NCBI GenBank assembly: GCA_963785305.1
Contig: CAWAUV010000009.1
Span: forward strand, 448,001-512,000
Length of the DNA stretch: 64,000 nt
DNA from: an uncultured Planctomycetaceae bacterium
GTDB lineage: Bacteria; Planctomycetota; Planctomycetia; Pirellulales; PALSA-1355
Direction: 5' to 3'
Shown here: one piece after another, positions 1 through 12,698 of the stretch
Numbering within the stretch: the stretch's first letter is position 1
How the letters are laid out: every line of letters starts with the position of its first letter
Translations under genes and position numbers: made by a program
The notes under the pieces: generated by a model
Database searches by the model: none
Told to the model about the DNA's origin: nothing
What the model saw: the letters and a program-made list of their open reading frames with translations, nothing else

Positions 1-98
1 GCGTAGATGTCGTGGTCAGAAAGGTACTCGACCAGGGCGTCCTGGTCGGTTCGACGAAACTCGGTCAGGTGGATGCCGTTGGGGAGAACGAGGGACAT
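1..98 (-). CDS. N-terminus of a probable GNAT (RimJ/RimL-like) acetyltransferase, runs off the window edge
   Basis: Manual translation from ATG at 98 gives MSLVLPNGIHLTEFRRTDQDALVEYLSDHDIY; only 32 codons are visible. Confidence 0.5.
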   Translation of the reverse strand, partial: MSLVLPNGIHLTEFRRTDQDALVEYLSDHDIY

Positions 99-306
99 GG
101 CGGATCGGCAGGAAATTGGTGGGGGGCCGGGCGAGCATTCAGACACCCGGACCTAAGTGGCGGTTCGGTCGGGCACGCCACCGAAATTGCGACCGGGCTC
201 GGGAGAGCCAAACGACAGGGACCGAAACGAGCCCAGAACTGTACGTTTGGGCGTCCGAATCGGTCACAGAAAAGGTCACAGGTTTGTGACCGCTCGTGGT
301 CACAAA

Positions 307-342
307 AAAGCCTTGCCGTAACTACTGTCACGGCAAGGCTTT
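307..342 (-). terminator. Hairpin terminator downstream of tRNA-Pro
   Basis: aaagccttgccgt-loop-acggcaaggcttt stem, followed on the minus strand by a T-run. Confidence 0.7.
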
Positions 343-347
343 AGATG

Positions 348-422
348 TCGGGGCGACATGATTTGAACATGCGACCTCTGCGTCCCGAACGCAGCGCTCT
401 AGCCAGGCTGAGCTACGCCCCG
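348..422 (-). tRNA. tRNA-Pro(CGG)
   Basis: Reverse complement CGGGGCGTAGCTCAGCCTGGCTAGAGCG-CTGCG TT CGG GA CGCAG-AGGTCGCATGTTCAAATCATGTCGCCCCGA folds as a cloverleaf; CCA not encoded. Confidence 0.95.
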
Positions 423-1013
423 TGTGAATGATGGTCGACCGGGCCTGCTTGCGGCCGGCCTTGGCTGTCCGCGAGTTGGACGCCAGCGAGGGCGGCCAAG
501 GGGGGAGGCAACCGCGGTTTCTCGTAAAAGAACTCGCGCCGCCGCCCGCGGCTTGCGGGTGGAGACCTGGGGTTCGGGCCAAGCTCGGATCGGGAATGCT
601 CGCCGCGCCGGGCCGGAACCGGGGTAGATATACCACGGATCGGTCGGCCTGCCAAGACAGCCCTTACAAGGATTCGACCTCGTTGGCCTCGTTGGGCGAC
701 GCGAGGTTCGCCGCTCGACGGGCATTTTATTCCGACGATGCGCCTGGAAGCCGCCACCGGCCCAGACGCGGCGAGCAACCCTGGGGAACTGGCCGAAAAA
801 ATTCGGTCGCTGGACATGGGCCACTGCTTGGAAAATAATGGCCAACTTGCGGTCGAAGGGCCTTGGTCGGCTGTGTGGGCGGCCGGGGCTTTTCAAACCG
901 CTGCCCACGCGAGCTCGCGGCGAAGCGATCTGGTCGTTCGCGGTCGCCGCGGCGCGAGATTCCTTCCGCCCTTCCCTCCAAACGCACATGCTAACCCAGG
1001 AGTTTCCCCAAAC

Positions 1014-1459
1014 ATGAAACGCATGCTCTCGCCGAAAAACGCTCTCTCGCTCGTGTTCTCTCTTGGACTGGTGGCCATGTTGGGCGCCGGCATTTATGGT
1101 CTACAATCGGAGAATCCCGCCGTGGCTGCCGAAAGCGCTAGCGTCGCCGAAAAACCGTTGGGTCACATGGTCTTCTTCACCCTCAAGGAAAAGACGCCCG
1201 AGGGCGCAAGAAACTCGTCGAGCTCTGCAAGACTTATTTGGTCGATCATCCGGGCACGGTCTATTTTTCGGTGGGAACCATGGCGCCGGACTTCGATCGC
1301 GAGGTGAATGTGCGCGATTTCGATGTCGCGTTGCATCTGGTGTTCGCCAATAAGAAGGCCCACGACGATTACCAGGTTTCGCCGCGGCATTTGAAATTCG
1401 TCGACGAAGGCAAGGCGACTTGGGAAAAAGTGCGGGTGTTCGATTCCTATATTCAGTGA
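1014..1459 (+). CDS. Dabb (stress-responsive A/B barrel) protein with N-terminal signal/TM; one frameshift near 1210
   Basis: HMVFFTLKE in ORF 738..1307 joins FDVALHLVF...HDDYQVSPRHLKFV...VRVFDSY in ORF 1238..1459. Confidence 0.8.
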
Positions 1460-1510
1460 ACGGCTTTCGGCCGGCGGCACGGGCCGCGCTCCGACGATCC
1501 GATCGATCCC

Positions 1511-1552
1511 AAAACCTTCGCGCGGGCTATCTAGCGGCGCGGAGGTTTTTTT
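1511..1552. terminator. Possible bidirectional intrinsic terminator
   Basis: aaaaccttcgcgc...gcgcggaggttttttt between convergent genes. Confidence 0.55.
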
Positions 1553-2943
1553 ACGCGCGCCGCGCGACGCTGGGCATCGCATCGCACGATTTTTCAAACC
1601 GGTCCGATTCGTCGGTTTCGCTTGACGAAGGCGGGAAGGAGCCAACACCGAGGGGCGCGAGCCGAACGCCCAGATGGGTGTAACGCGCCGCGATCTTCCC
1701 ACGAAATTCCACGTCGACGGTCGCTCGGGCCAGTGGTCCGGGAGTGAGACCGAGCGATTCGATTTCGGCCGTAAACCGCAATGTTTCGCTGGTGGGCGGT
1801 GTTTGGCAGCGAAACGAAAGCGCTTGGCGCTCGCCGAGCGTCGGTTGAAACTCCGACGGTCCGGCGGCGAGGTCGAAACCGATCGCCAGCAAATAAAGCT
1901 GCACAAGCTGCGCAGCCCTCGGCAAGCAAACTGCCGGGCAAGGCGGGATCGTCCTTGAAGTGCGACGTAAAATACCACGCCATCGGGTCGAGCGTCTTTT
2001 CGCCGACGATACGTCCAAGTCCTCGGCGGCCACCTTCCGGCTCGATCGATACCACTCGGTCGATCATGCGCATTGGTCCGTCGGGCAGACGCAACGAGGC
2101 GCTTCCCGATCGCCGGCCGAAGCAGCGCACGAAATCGCCGGCCGCGAAAGCATTGAGCGATGCATCGTCGAGCCGGGCCGGCGCGAGCGAGCGGCCGCAT
2201 GCGGGCCAGCGAACGGTCGTCGGATTGGAAGCCGGCGCGCCGGGGTGGCAATCCTCGCGCCGACATTAACTCGTGATCGGAAAAGAAACCGGCCGAGGCC
2301 GAACGCATGGATAGAAACGGACGCCCATCGGCCGAAGCTTCGAAGGAAAAGAAAAACAAGCGCTGCGGCCCCGCGGCGAGAAAACGCTCGACGCGAGTCG
2401 CATAGCGGAGCTTCTGGCCGGCCCGAGGCAATTCGCCGAGGAATTGAAAGTCCCAGTCGAGCAACCGATAGACCCTCTGGCCGCGAAGGCCGAGGTCGAT
2501 CCCCATGAGACTGGGGAGCAGCATGTCGGCCTGCGAGGCCTCGAGCGCGGTGGCCCAGCCGATGCGGCCATCGAGCGTGAGCCCCGAGTGGCTGGGAATG
2601 GTGAATTCGCTCTCGACTTGGCCCTGGGAGAAATCGCCGAGACTCGCTTCGAGCTTGGTTACCCGATCGAGCAGCAAATAGGGCGGCAAGGGAAGCCGAA
2701 CACGGCGGCAAAACGCGTCGGCCGGCGCGTAGTCGGCGCCGAACACATTCGCGAGTTGGCCGCCGGCAAACTCTAACAACTGCCAATAACTGAGTGGGGG
2801 CACGCGCGGGATCGCAAACGATTTCGTGATGGACCGACGCCAAAACGCCGATGCCGCCAACCTCGGCCACGTCGCGGCCAGACGGTCGCGCGGTTCGATC
2901 GGCCGCGACGAGCGAGCGTCGCGGCCGGGCAATTCGGCTCCAT
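1551..2943 (-). CDS. Stand-alone PfaC-type tandem FabA-like dehydratase protein; several frameshifts, start uncertain
   Basis: LEFAGGQLANVFG...RVRLPLPPYLLLDRV, then LRLPDGPMRMIDRV...WYFTSHFKDDPALPGSLLAEG and FRCQTPP, spread over three overlapping ORFs. Confidence 0.7.
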
Positions 2944-3010
2944 GAATGGTAATTCCCCGCAACAAGGACCGCAAATCGGGGCCAGAAACCAGTCTCGCGG
3001 GCTCATAAAA

Positions 3011-3084
3011 CCTATCCGATAACATTGGCGAGGCGCTCACCCTGCCCCTTTGTCATTTGGGGAGAGGGGGAGATTTCGGAAAGG
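3011..3084 (+). repeat. Dispersed ~70-bp CCTATCCG-bounded repeat, copy 1 (degenerate)
   Basis: cctatccgataacattggcgag...ctcaccctgccc...gggagagggggagatttcggaaagg; aligns with 30368-30440. Confidence 0.65.
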
Positions 3085-3087
3085 GGT

Positions 3088-5356
3088 TTAGCCTTGGCGA
3101 GCGGTCGAGGAGCCGTCTGTCGAAACAGGTTCGGCGGCGAAGACTTGCAACAAGTCGCGGAAGGCAACCGGCTTGACCAAGTGGTGGTCGAAGCCCGCGG
3201 CGAACGAACGCCGGCGATCTTCATCTTGGCCGTAGCCGGTCATCGCCACGAGCAGCGTGCTTTGAAACCCTCGCTTTTGTCGCAATCGCCGGGCGATTTC
3301 GTATCCATCAAGCCCCGGCAGGCCGATGTCGATCAGCACCGAGTCGGGCTGGTGTCGCGCGGCAAGCTCGATCGCTTGCAGCCCCTCGTTGGCGATCCAC
3401 ACTTCGTTGCCCACGGCGCACAGATACGCGCCGTGGTATTGGCCAGATCGGCATTGTCATCGACAACCAGAATTCGTCGCGACCGCGCGACGACCGGATC
3501 GGCGACCGACGAATGATTTTCCCCGTTGGCGGTTCGCGCCGCGGGGGCCGGCAGCACCACGGTGAATTCGGCGCCTTCGTTGGCCCCGGCGCTCGAGACC
3601 GCCACATGGCCATCGTGCATTTCGACCAGCCGCCGGACCAGCGTGAGCCCGATTCCCAAGCCGCCCTGGGAGCGATCGAGTGAGCGATCGCCTTGGACGA
3701 AGAGGTCGAAAATCTTCGCCAGCAGTTCGGGCGGAATGCCGAGGCCATTGTCCTTGACGCGAATCGAAAGCGTGTCGTCATCGCGCGCGGCGGAAACCTG
3801 AATCGAACCGCCGGGCTCGGTATATTTCACGGCGTTGTGCAGCAGATTCGTGAGAATCTGTTCGAGGCGAGCCGCGTCGGCATGGAGTGTAATGTTTTCC
3901 GGCGGCAGATCCACGCGCAACTGATGCCGTCGGGCCTCGAGGGCGGGCATGATCGTGGTGATGGCGCGCTTGACGATCGCCTCGAGATCGACGAACTCCT
4001 TTCGCAACGAAACTTTGCCGCGCGTGATCCGCGAGACGTCGAGCAGGTCGTCGACCAGCCGGGTCATCTGCCGCAACTGGCGGGAAAACACATCGCGCGA
4101 AGCTTCGACGGCGCCCGGATCGTCGCGCATCATTTCGAGGCATTCGAGCGCGTTGGCCATCGCCGCCAGGGGATTGCGGAGCTCGTGACCGAGCATGGCG
4201 AGGAATTCGTCCTTGCGGCGATCACCGTCGCGGATCTCGTGATAGAGTCGCGCGTTGTCGAGCGCGATCGCCGCGCGGCTGGCGATATCTTCGATCAGCG
4301 GAATCTCGAGAGCTTGGCTCCTCGACTCGGAATCGACGAGCACGGTAATCACGCCCAGGGCGTTGCCTCGCGCCACGAGCAGCGCGCAGCAAGCGGAGAG
4401 CGATCGTGAGCCGCGCTCGGGAGGCGCGGCGCTGGACTCGCCCGCGGTTTTTTCGCCGCTGGCATTTTCCCCGCTGGTTTTATCCGGGGAGACGTGGCCG
4501 ATGGCTCCATTGTCAGGGCTCGCGGCCGCGAGCCCGCCGGGCCAAGTCGCGAGCTCCGCGCCGCTGGATCGGGTGGTGCGGCGCAGTGCGCCGCGATTTC
4601 GATCGACTCGATCAGCGTCGCGGGAAGCTGGTCGCCTTCGACACGGCGCTGTTCGAACTCGCCGCTGGCCGGATCGATGCGCGCCAGTTCGTGGGTCGTG
4701 GCGCCGGTGGCGGAGTCAACCACCGAGAGCACCGCGAGATCGGCCACGCGCGGGGTGAGCAAATGCAAGAGTCCGGCGACCGTGGCGTCGAGGTCGAGCG
4801 AGCGGGAGAGCACATGACTGGCTTCGGCCAGAAACGCCCAGCGACGCGTCAATTGCTCGGCGGCGGCGCGTCCGGCTTGCTCATGCGCCAGGGCCACTCG
4901 CTCGTCCATTTGCCGCTGCAACTGGCGCGTCTTGCGGTAGAGATCGACGAACACTCCGACTTTGGTTCGCAAGACCTCGGGAATGACCGGCGCCAGAATA
5001 TAATCGACGGCGCCGAGCGAATAGCCGCGGCGGGCATGCGTCTCGTCGCCATCGGCCGTGACGAAAATAATCGGCGTGCTTTCGGTGCGTTTCCGCTCGC
5101 GGATCAGCGCGGCGGTCTCGAAGCCATCGATGTCGGGCATGTTGATATCGAGCAGAATCACGGCGAAGTCCTCGCGCAGCAGCAGTCGCAGCGCCTCGCG
5201 GCCCGAGCGCGCGCCGATCACGCTTTGGCCGGGCTCTTCCAAGATCGCGGCCAGCGCGATCAGCTTCGACGGAGAATCGTCGACCACCAGGATTTTCACG
5301 GGACTGTCGGGCTCGACGATGGCCGGCTTCGGATCGGTTGTATCGAGGAAAACCAC
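3088..5356 (-). CDS. Hybrid sensor kinase (REC-GAF-HisKA-HATPase-REC); frameshifts near 4550 and 3420
   Basis: ILVVDD...ILLDINMPDIDG (REC); FLAMLGHELRNPL; NAVKYT; GGLGIGL; C-terminal VLIDIGLPGLDG...HLVKP. Confidence 0.85.
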
Positions 5357-5444
5357 GGGCAGGCTCGTGTTGTGAGTTGTCGCGGGAAAAGCGGCTCGCG
5401 GTGGCGGCGACCGAGGTCCAACGGCGCGCGATGCGCTGGGCCGA

Positions 5445-8400
5445 TCAGCGATGCAACCAAGCGCGCAACACCGAAAGCATTTGCTCCGAATCAACCGGTT
5501 TCGAGAGATAGTCCCACGCTCCGGCCTCGATGCACTTTTCGCGGTCGCCTTTCATCGCCTTGGCCGTCACCGCCACCATCGGCAGCGACTTGAACTGCGG
5601 CAGCTTGCGAATCATACGCATCGTGTCGATGCCATCGAGCTCGGGCATCATGATATCCATCAACACGATGTCGATGTCGGGCGTCGCTTGCAACTGGCGA
5701 ATCGCGTCGCGGCCGGTCTCGGCGGAGAGAATCACCATGTTCTGTCGCTCGAGCACGCTGGTCAAGGCGAAGATATTGCGAATATCGTCGTCGACCAACA
5801 GCACCTTCTTGCCGGCGAGCACTTTCACGCTTGAATGCAGATCGCCGAGCATGCGCACCTGCGCGGGCGTGAGCTTCGTGATCGGGCGATGCAGTCGCAA
5901 GATCACCTGATCGAGCAGCCGCTCGCTCGACTGCACTTCCTTTACCAAATACGGCGCCGCGATTTTCTTGAGTGATTGACGCACCGCGGCCGAAGGCTCG
6001 TTTTGCGAGTACACGATCAGCGGCATGCTGGCGCCCAACCCATGTCGATTGAGCAGCGCCGCGAGGTCGTCGGGCGAAACTCGGGGCGACTCGGGATCGT
6101 AGATCAGGCAGTCGATCGCGTCGTTGTCGGCGAGCTCGCGCGAAAGGTTCGGCATGTCGCCCACCACGCGCACATCGAGATCGCGAGACTCGAGCAGTTC
6201 GATGATCTGACGCCCGCGCGCCGGGGCGCTTTCGACCACCACGATGCGCTGCCGCTGAATATCGCTCATGCGACGAATGTTCGCGATCGCCTCCTCGAGC
6301 GTCTCCTTCGTTTTGATCGGCTTGGCCACCACCGACACGGCGCCGAGCTCGAGGCCGCGTTGGGCGTCTTCTTCCGTCGAGATCACGCACACCGGGATAT
6401 GCCGTGTTTGCAAATCGTTTTTCAATCGATCGAGCACTCGCCAGCCATCGATATCGGGCAAACAAATGTCGAGCGTCACCGCCACGGGGTTGTATTCCCG
6501 CGTCATCGTGAGCGCGGCGGCGCCCATGCTCGTGGCGAGCGCCTTGAAGCCTTGCTCGTGGGCGACTTCCATGAGAAAACGAGCGAAGTTGAGATCATTG
6601 TCGACAATCAGCAGCACTTGATCGCCCGGCTGAATCAGATCGCGATCGTCGCCCACTTCGTTCAGGAGAATCGAAGCGTCGCTCGCGAGCGGCTCTTCTT
6701 CGAGCACCGCGGGCAGCGCGACCTGCGGCGCCGGTTCGGTGTAATGCCCCGCGGCGGCGAGGGCCTTGCGCGGCGCCTTGGGCGGCGAGAAGGTTTGCGG
6801 CAGATAGAGAGTAAAGATACTGCCTTTGCCCGGAGTGCTTTGCAGCCGAATCTCGCCGCCGAGCAGCCGCGCAATTTCGCGACTGATCGCCAGGCCCAGG
6901 CCGGTGCCACCGTATTTGCGGCTCGTGCTGCCGTCGGCCTGTTGAAAGGCCTCGAAGATGATTTGCTGCTTGTCGGCCGAGATGCCGATGCCGCTGTCGC
7001 TGACCGACATCGCGATGACCGCATAGGCCCGATTCAGCGGTTCGTTGTCCATGCTCCAGCCCTGGTGCGCCCGCTCGACGGTGAGCGCCACATTGCCCCG
7101 ATGCGTGAACTTGAACGCATTGGACAGCAAGTTCTTGATGATTTGCTGCAAGCGCTTCGAGTCGGTGAGAATCGCCCTGGGCAGATCGGGGTGCAGATGA
7201 ATGAAGAAATCGACGCCCTTGGCTTCGGCCACATGGCGGAAAGTGCGCTCGACATAGCTGTTCAGGTCGTCGAACCGCAGTTCTCCGAGGTCGACCACCA
7301 CGGTGCCTGATTCGATCTTCGACAGATCGAGAATATCATTGATCAGCATCAACAGATCATTGCCCGAGGAGTGGATCGTCTTGGCGAAATCGGTCTGTGC
7401 GGGGTGAGGTTGCCATCGGGGTTTTTCGAGAGTTGGTCGGAAAGGATCAACAGACTATTGAGCGGAGTGCGGAGCTCGTGCGACATGTTGGCGAGGAACT
7501 CGGACTTGTACTTCGAGGTGAGGGCAAGCTGCTCGGCTTTTTCCTCGAGCGCTTGCCGCGCCTGTTCGACCTCGACATTTTTGCGTTCGACTTCGGCGTT
7601 TTGATGCGCGAGCAGTTGGGCTTTTTCCTCGAGCTCCTGGTTGGTTTTTTGCAGTTCCTCTTGTCGGCTCTGGAGCTCGGTGGCGAGCGACTGCGACTGC
7701 TTGAGCAAGCCTTCGGTGAGCATGTTGGCTTCGATCGTATTGAGCACGATACCGATGCTTTCGGTCAACTGTTCCAGAAACGCCTGATGGGTGAGATTGA
7801 AAGTCTCGAAGCTGGCGAGCTCGAACACCGCCTTGACCTGGCCCTCGAAGATGACCGGCAGCACGATGATGTTTCGCGGCGCCGCCTCGCCCAGTCCCGA
7901 TGAAATCCGGATATAGTCGGGCGGCACGTTGGCGAGCAGGATTTTCTGCTTCTCGAAGGCGCACTGCCCGACGAGCGCCTCGCCCAGCCGGAAGCTGGTG
8001 GGCGTCGGCTGCGCTTCGCTCAGCGCGTAGCTGGCCAATAGGTTGAGCTGCGGCGTCTCGCGCGAGCTGTCCATGATGTAGAACACGGCGTGCTGGGCGC
8101 TCACCACCGGGGCGAGCTCCGAGAGAATCATGCGGCCCACGGTCAAGAGATCTCGCTGGCCCTGGAGCATGCGGCTGAATTTGGCGAGGTTCGTCTTGAG
8201 CCAGTCTTGTTCGCTGTTTTTGAGCGTCGTGTCCTTGAGATTGCGAATCATTTCATTGATATTGTCCTTGAGCGACGCCACTTCTCCCTGGGCCTCGACC
8301 TGAATCGATCGCGTGAGGTCGCCCTTGGTCACGGCCGTGGCCACTTCGGCGATCGCTCGCACTTGCGTGGTGAGATTGGCCGCGAGCCGGTTCACGTTGT

Positions 8401-11400
8401 CGGTCAGGTCTTTCCAGGTGCCGGCGGCGCCGGGCACGCTCGCTTGCCCGCCGAGCTTGCCCTCGACACCCACTTCGCGGGCCACCGTGGTCACCTGATC
8501 GGCGAATGTGGCGAGGGTGTCGATCATGCCGTTGATCGTGTCGGCCAGGGCGGCGATTTCGCCCTTGGCTTCGACCGTGAGCTTTTGCTTCAGGTCGCCC
8601 GTGGCCACGGCGGTGACTACCTTGGCGATGCCGCGCACTTGGCTGGTGAGGTTGCCGGCCATGAAGTTCACATTGTCGGTCAGGTCTTTCCAGGTGCCGG
8701 ACACGCCCTTGACCTGGGCCTGCCCGCCGAGCTTGCCTTCGGTGCCTACCTCGCGAGCCACGCGCGTGACTTCCGAGGCGAAGGAGCTGAGCTGATCGAC
8801 CATCGTGTTGACGGTGTTCTTGAGCTCGAGGATTTCGCCTTTCACATCGACCGTGATTTTCTTCGACAGATCGCCGCTCGCCAGAGCCTTGGTCACATCG
8901 GCGATATTTCGCACCTGACCGGTGAGGTTGCCGGCCATGAAGTTCACGCTGTCGGTCAAATCGCGCCACGTGCCGGCGGCGCCGGGCACGCTCGCCTGAC
9001 CGCCGAGCTTGCCTTCGGTGCCCACCTCGCGGGCCACGCGGGTGACCTCCGAGGCAAAGGAGCGAAGCTGATCGACCATCGTGTTCATCATGTCTTTCAG
9101 CTCGAGGATTTCGCCTCGCACATCGACGGTGATCTTCTTGGACAAGTCGCCATTGGCCACGGCCATCGTCACTTCGGCGATATTGCGCACCTGGGCCGTG
9201 AGGTTGCCGGCCATGCTGTTCACGCTATCGGTCAGGTCTTTCCAGGTGCCGGCCACGCCCTTCACGTCGGCCTGACCGCCGAGCTTGCCCTCGGTGCCCA
9301 CCTCGCGGGCCACGCGCGTCACTTCCGAGGCGAAGCTGCGGAGCTGATCGACCATCGTGTTGATCGTGTTCTTGAGCTCGAGAATCTCGCCGCGCACATC
9401 GACGGCGATCTTCTTCGAGAGGTCGCCATTGGCCACGGCCGTGGTCACATCGGCGATATTGCGCACCTGACCGGTGAGATTGCTGGCCATGAAGTTCACG
9501 CTGTCGGTGAGGTCTTTCCAAGTGCCGGCCACGCCGCGCACATCGGCCTGCCCGCCGAGCTTGCCTTCGGTGCCCACCTCGCGGGCCACGCGCGTGACTT
9601 CGGCCGCGAACGAGCGAAGCTGATCGACCATCGTGTTGATCGTGATCTTGAGCTCGAGGATTTCGCCGCGCACATCGACCGTGATTTTTTTGAAAGGTCG
9701 CCATTGGCCACGGCCGTGGTCACTTCGGCGATATTGCGCACCTGACCCGTGAGATTGCCGGCCATGCTATTCACGCTGTCGGTGAGGTCCTTCCAGGTGC
9801 CGGCCACGCCGCGCACATCGGCCTGCCCGCCGAGCTTGCCCTCGGTGCCCACCTCGCGGGCCACGCGCGTGACTTCCGAGGCGAAGGAGCTGAGCTGATC
9901 GACCATCGTATTGACGGTGTTCTTGAGCTCGAGGATTTCGCCTTTCACGTCGACCGTGATTTTCTTCGACAGGTTGCCGCTGGCGACGGCCTTGGTGACT
10001 TCGGCGATATTGCGCACCTGACCGGTGAGGTTGCCGGCCATGCTATTCACGCTGTCGGTGAGGTCTTTCCACGTGCCGGCCACGCCCTTCACATCGGCCT
10101 GCCCGCCGAGCTTGCCCTCGGTGCCCACCTCGCGGGCCACGCGGGTGACTTCGTCGGTGAAGGAGCTGAGCTGATCGACCATCGTGTTGACGGTGTTCTT
10201 GAGCTCGAGGATTTCGCCCTGCACGTCGACCGTGATTTTTTTCGAGAGGTCGCCATTGGCCACGGCCGTGGTCACTTCGGCGATATTGCGCACTTGGCCC
10301 GTGAGGTTGCCGGCCATGCTGTTCACGCTATCGGTGAGGTCTTTCCAGGTTCCGGCCACGCCTTTCACATCGGCCTGACCGCCGAGATTGCCTTCGGTGC
10401 CCACCTCGCGGGCCACGCGCGTGACTTCATCGGCGAAGGAGCTGAGCTGATCGACCATGGTGTTGACGGTGTTCTTGAGCTCGAGGATTTCGCCTTTCAC
10501 GTCGACCGTGATCTTCTTCGAGAGGTCGCCCGTGGCCACGGCGGTGGTCACCGCGGCAATATTTCGCACTTGGGCCGTGAGGTTGCCGGCCATGCTATTA
10601 ACGCTATCAGTCAGGTCTTTCCAGGTGCCGGAAACACCTTCGACCCGGGCTTGGCCGCCGAGCTTGCCTTCGGTGCCCACCTCGCGGGCCACGCGCGTGA
10701 CTTCGGCGGCGAAGGAGCTGAGTTGATCGACCATCGTGTTGATCGTGTTCTTGAGCTCCGAGATTTCGCCCTTCACGTCGACCGTGATTTTTTTCGAGAG
10801 ATCGCCCGTGGCCACGGCCGTGGTCACGGCGGCGATATTGCGCACCTGGGCCGTCGAGGTTGCCGGCCATGCTATTGACGCTATCGGTCAGGTCTTTCCA
10901 GGTGCCGGAAACACCTTCGACCCGGGCTTGGCCGCCGAGCTTGCCTTCGGTGCCCACCTCGCGGGCCACGCGCGTGACTTCCGAGGCGAAGCTGCGAAGC
11001 TGATCGACCATCGTGTTGATGGTGTCCTTGAGCTCCAGGAACTCGCCTTTAACATCGACCGTGATTTTCTTCGTCAGGTCGCCATTGGCCACGGCCGTGG
11101 TCACGGTGGCGATATTGCGCACCTGACCGGTGAGGTTGCCGGCCATGAGATTCACGCTATCGGTGAGGTCTTTCCAAGTGCCGGCCAGTCCCTTGACGCG
11201 CGCTTGGCCGCCGAGCTTGCCTTCGGTGCCCACCTCGCGGGCCACGCGCGTGACTTCCGAGGCGAAGGAGCTGAGCTGATCGACCATGCGATTCACGATC
11301 TTGCCGGTGCGCAGGAATTCGCCCTGGAGGGGGCGATCGTCGATCTCGAGCGCCATGAGTTGCGAGAGGTCGCCCTTGGCCACGGCGCCGATCACGCGCG

Positions 11401-11742
11401 CCGTTTCGCTGATCGGATGCACGAGGTCGCTCACGAGCACATTCACGGCGTCGACCGATTCGGCCCAGGCGCCGCTCACTTCACCCAGGCTGGCCCGCTG
11501 CTTGATGCGCCCCTCGCGACCCACCTCGCGCCGAGTCGGCCGAGCTCGTTGGCCATGCGTTCGTTGAGCTCGACCACATCATTGAAGGTATCGGCCACCT
11601 TGCCGGCGATGCCGGTCCAGGAGATCGGGAGTCGCGCGGTGAAATCGCCTTTTTTAAGCGCCGAGAGAGCCGTGAGCAGCAATGTGGCGTCGACGCCATG
11701 TTCGCTCGCATCGAAGGATTTCGGGGGTTCGGCGACCGACAT
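5445..11742 (-). CDS. Very large poly-HAMP hybrid histidine kinase (poly-HAMP, GAF, HisKA, HATPase, three REC-like domains); four frameshifts near 11525, 10855, 9690, 7395
   Basis: Repeats of [51 protein letters not shown]; terminal [12 protein letters not shown]...YLSKP. Confidence 0.9.
8280..11520 (-). repeat. Intragenic 276-bp (92-aa) tandem repeat array, 11 clear units plus one degenerate unit
   Basis: GGQA...GTW(K/R)DL counted 11 times across ORFs 10607..11524, 9496..10845 and 7349..9673. Confidence 0.9.
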
Positions 11743-12460
11743 AAAGTGGCCTCGATTTTTTTGAGGGGGACGGGTTGAGATGAGATCGATAGGCCATCGT
11801 CCAACGCGTTCATCCGTGCGCATTGCGGCCGGTATGTCTCTCCGCTAGAACCGCGATTTCCGACACGGCAAGCTTCGGCGCGGGCAGGCGCCCTTGGGGC
11901 GTGGGCCCCGACTTCATGGCGGGAAGCCCCAGGCGGCCAGTTCCACGCACATGAAGGGGCCATTGCCAGCGTGCTTTATTTGGCCTTCGGGTGACTGTTC
12001 GCTCGGATCGATCGGACCACAAGGAGGCTGTGGTTGTGTAAATCCATCGGGCCCTTAACGATAACGCGCTTGCAAATTCGGATCAACCGGCCGTTCGGCA
12101 TAGACGCCGCTCGAACCAAGGGTCGCTCGCCGGGGTCGCGTTCGCAGTGATTCGGCGAACCCGAGAGGCTCGCGGCGCTATGATATCCGGCATGCGTAGC
12201 TGATCTCGGAAGTTGTGGTCACATTCACGAATGCATCCCCCAGCGATACATACCGATCGGCGATTCGATCGCGACTCGAAACGCCATGATTGTCGTGCCT
12301 TTGTATGCAATCGCTCGTTCGTGAATCGCACTCGGCCGCGACGATTTGCAAACCACCCATTGCGACTGTCGTCTTTTTTTGAAGTCCGGGGATGTCCTGC
12401 TTGACCACCGCCTTTGCTCGCTCTATATCTGACGTGATAATTCGCCGTGGCTATTGAGGG

Positions 12461-12521
12461 CTTATCCGACAACTCCCCCTATCCGCGTCTGGGAGAGGGC
12501 TCGCGGAAGTTCTCGGATACG
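12461..12521 (-). repeat. Dispersed ~70-bp CCTATCCG-bounded repeat, copy 2
   Basis: Reverse complement cgtatccgagaacttccgcgagccctctccc...gggggagttgtcggataag. Confidence 0.7.
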
Positions 12522-12698
12522 CGATAAACAGTTGGAAGATTTCCCAACTTCGGCTTCGCTTGATGAACGATGGCTCGTTCCGCTCGCTGACGATTCGGGT
12601 TAACAATGGCGGCGCGAACAGGTTGAATCGCAACCCGAAACGTAAGCGAGGGCGGGAACGTTATTGAATTCCGGCTCCTGGGTGACTTTGAAACGGCA

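Noticed and set aside
428..1000. ORFs between tRNA-Pro and the Dabb gene
   Set aside because: Overlapping low-complexity translations in several frames with no recognisable domain; none could be supported.
8280..11520. Possible CRISPR array or non-coding tandem repeat
   Set aside because: The units are 276-bp in-frame coding HAMP repeats with no unique spacers, and no cas genes are present.
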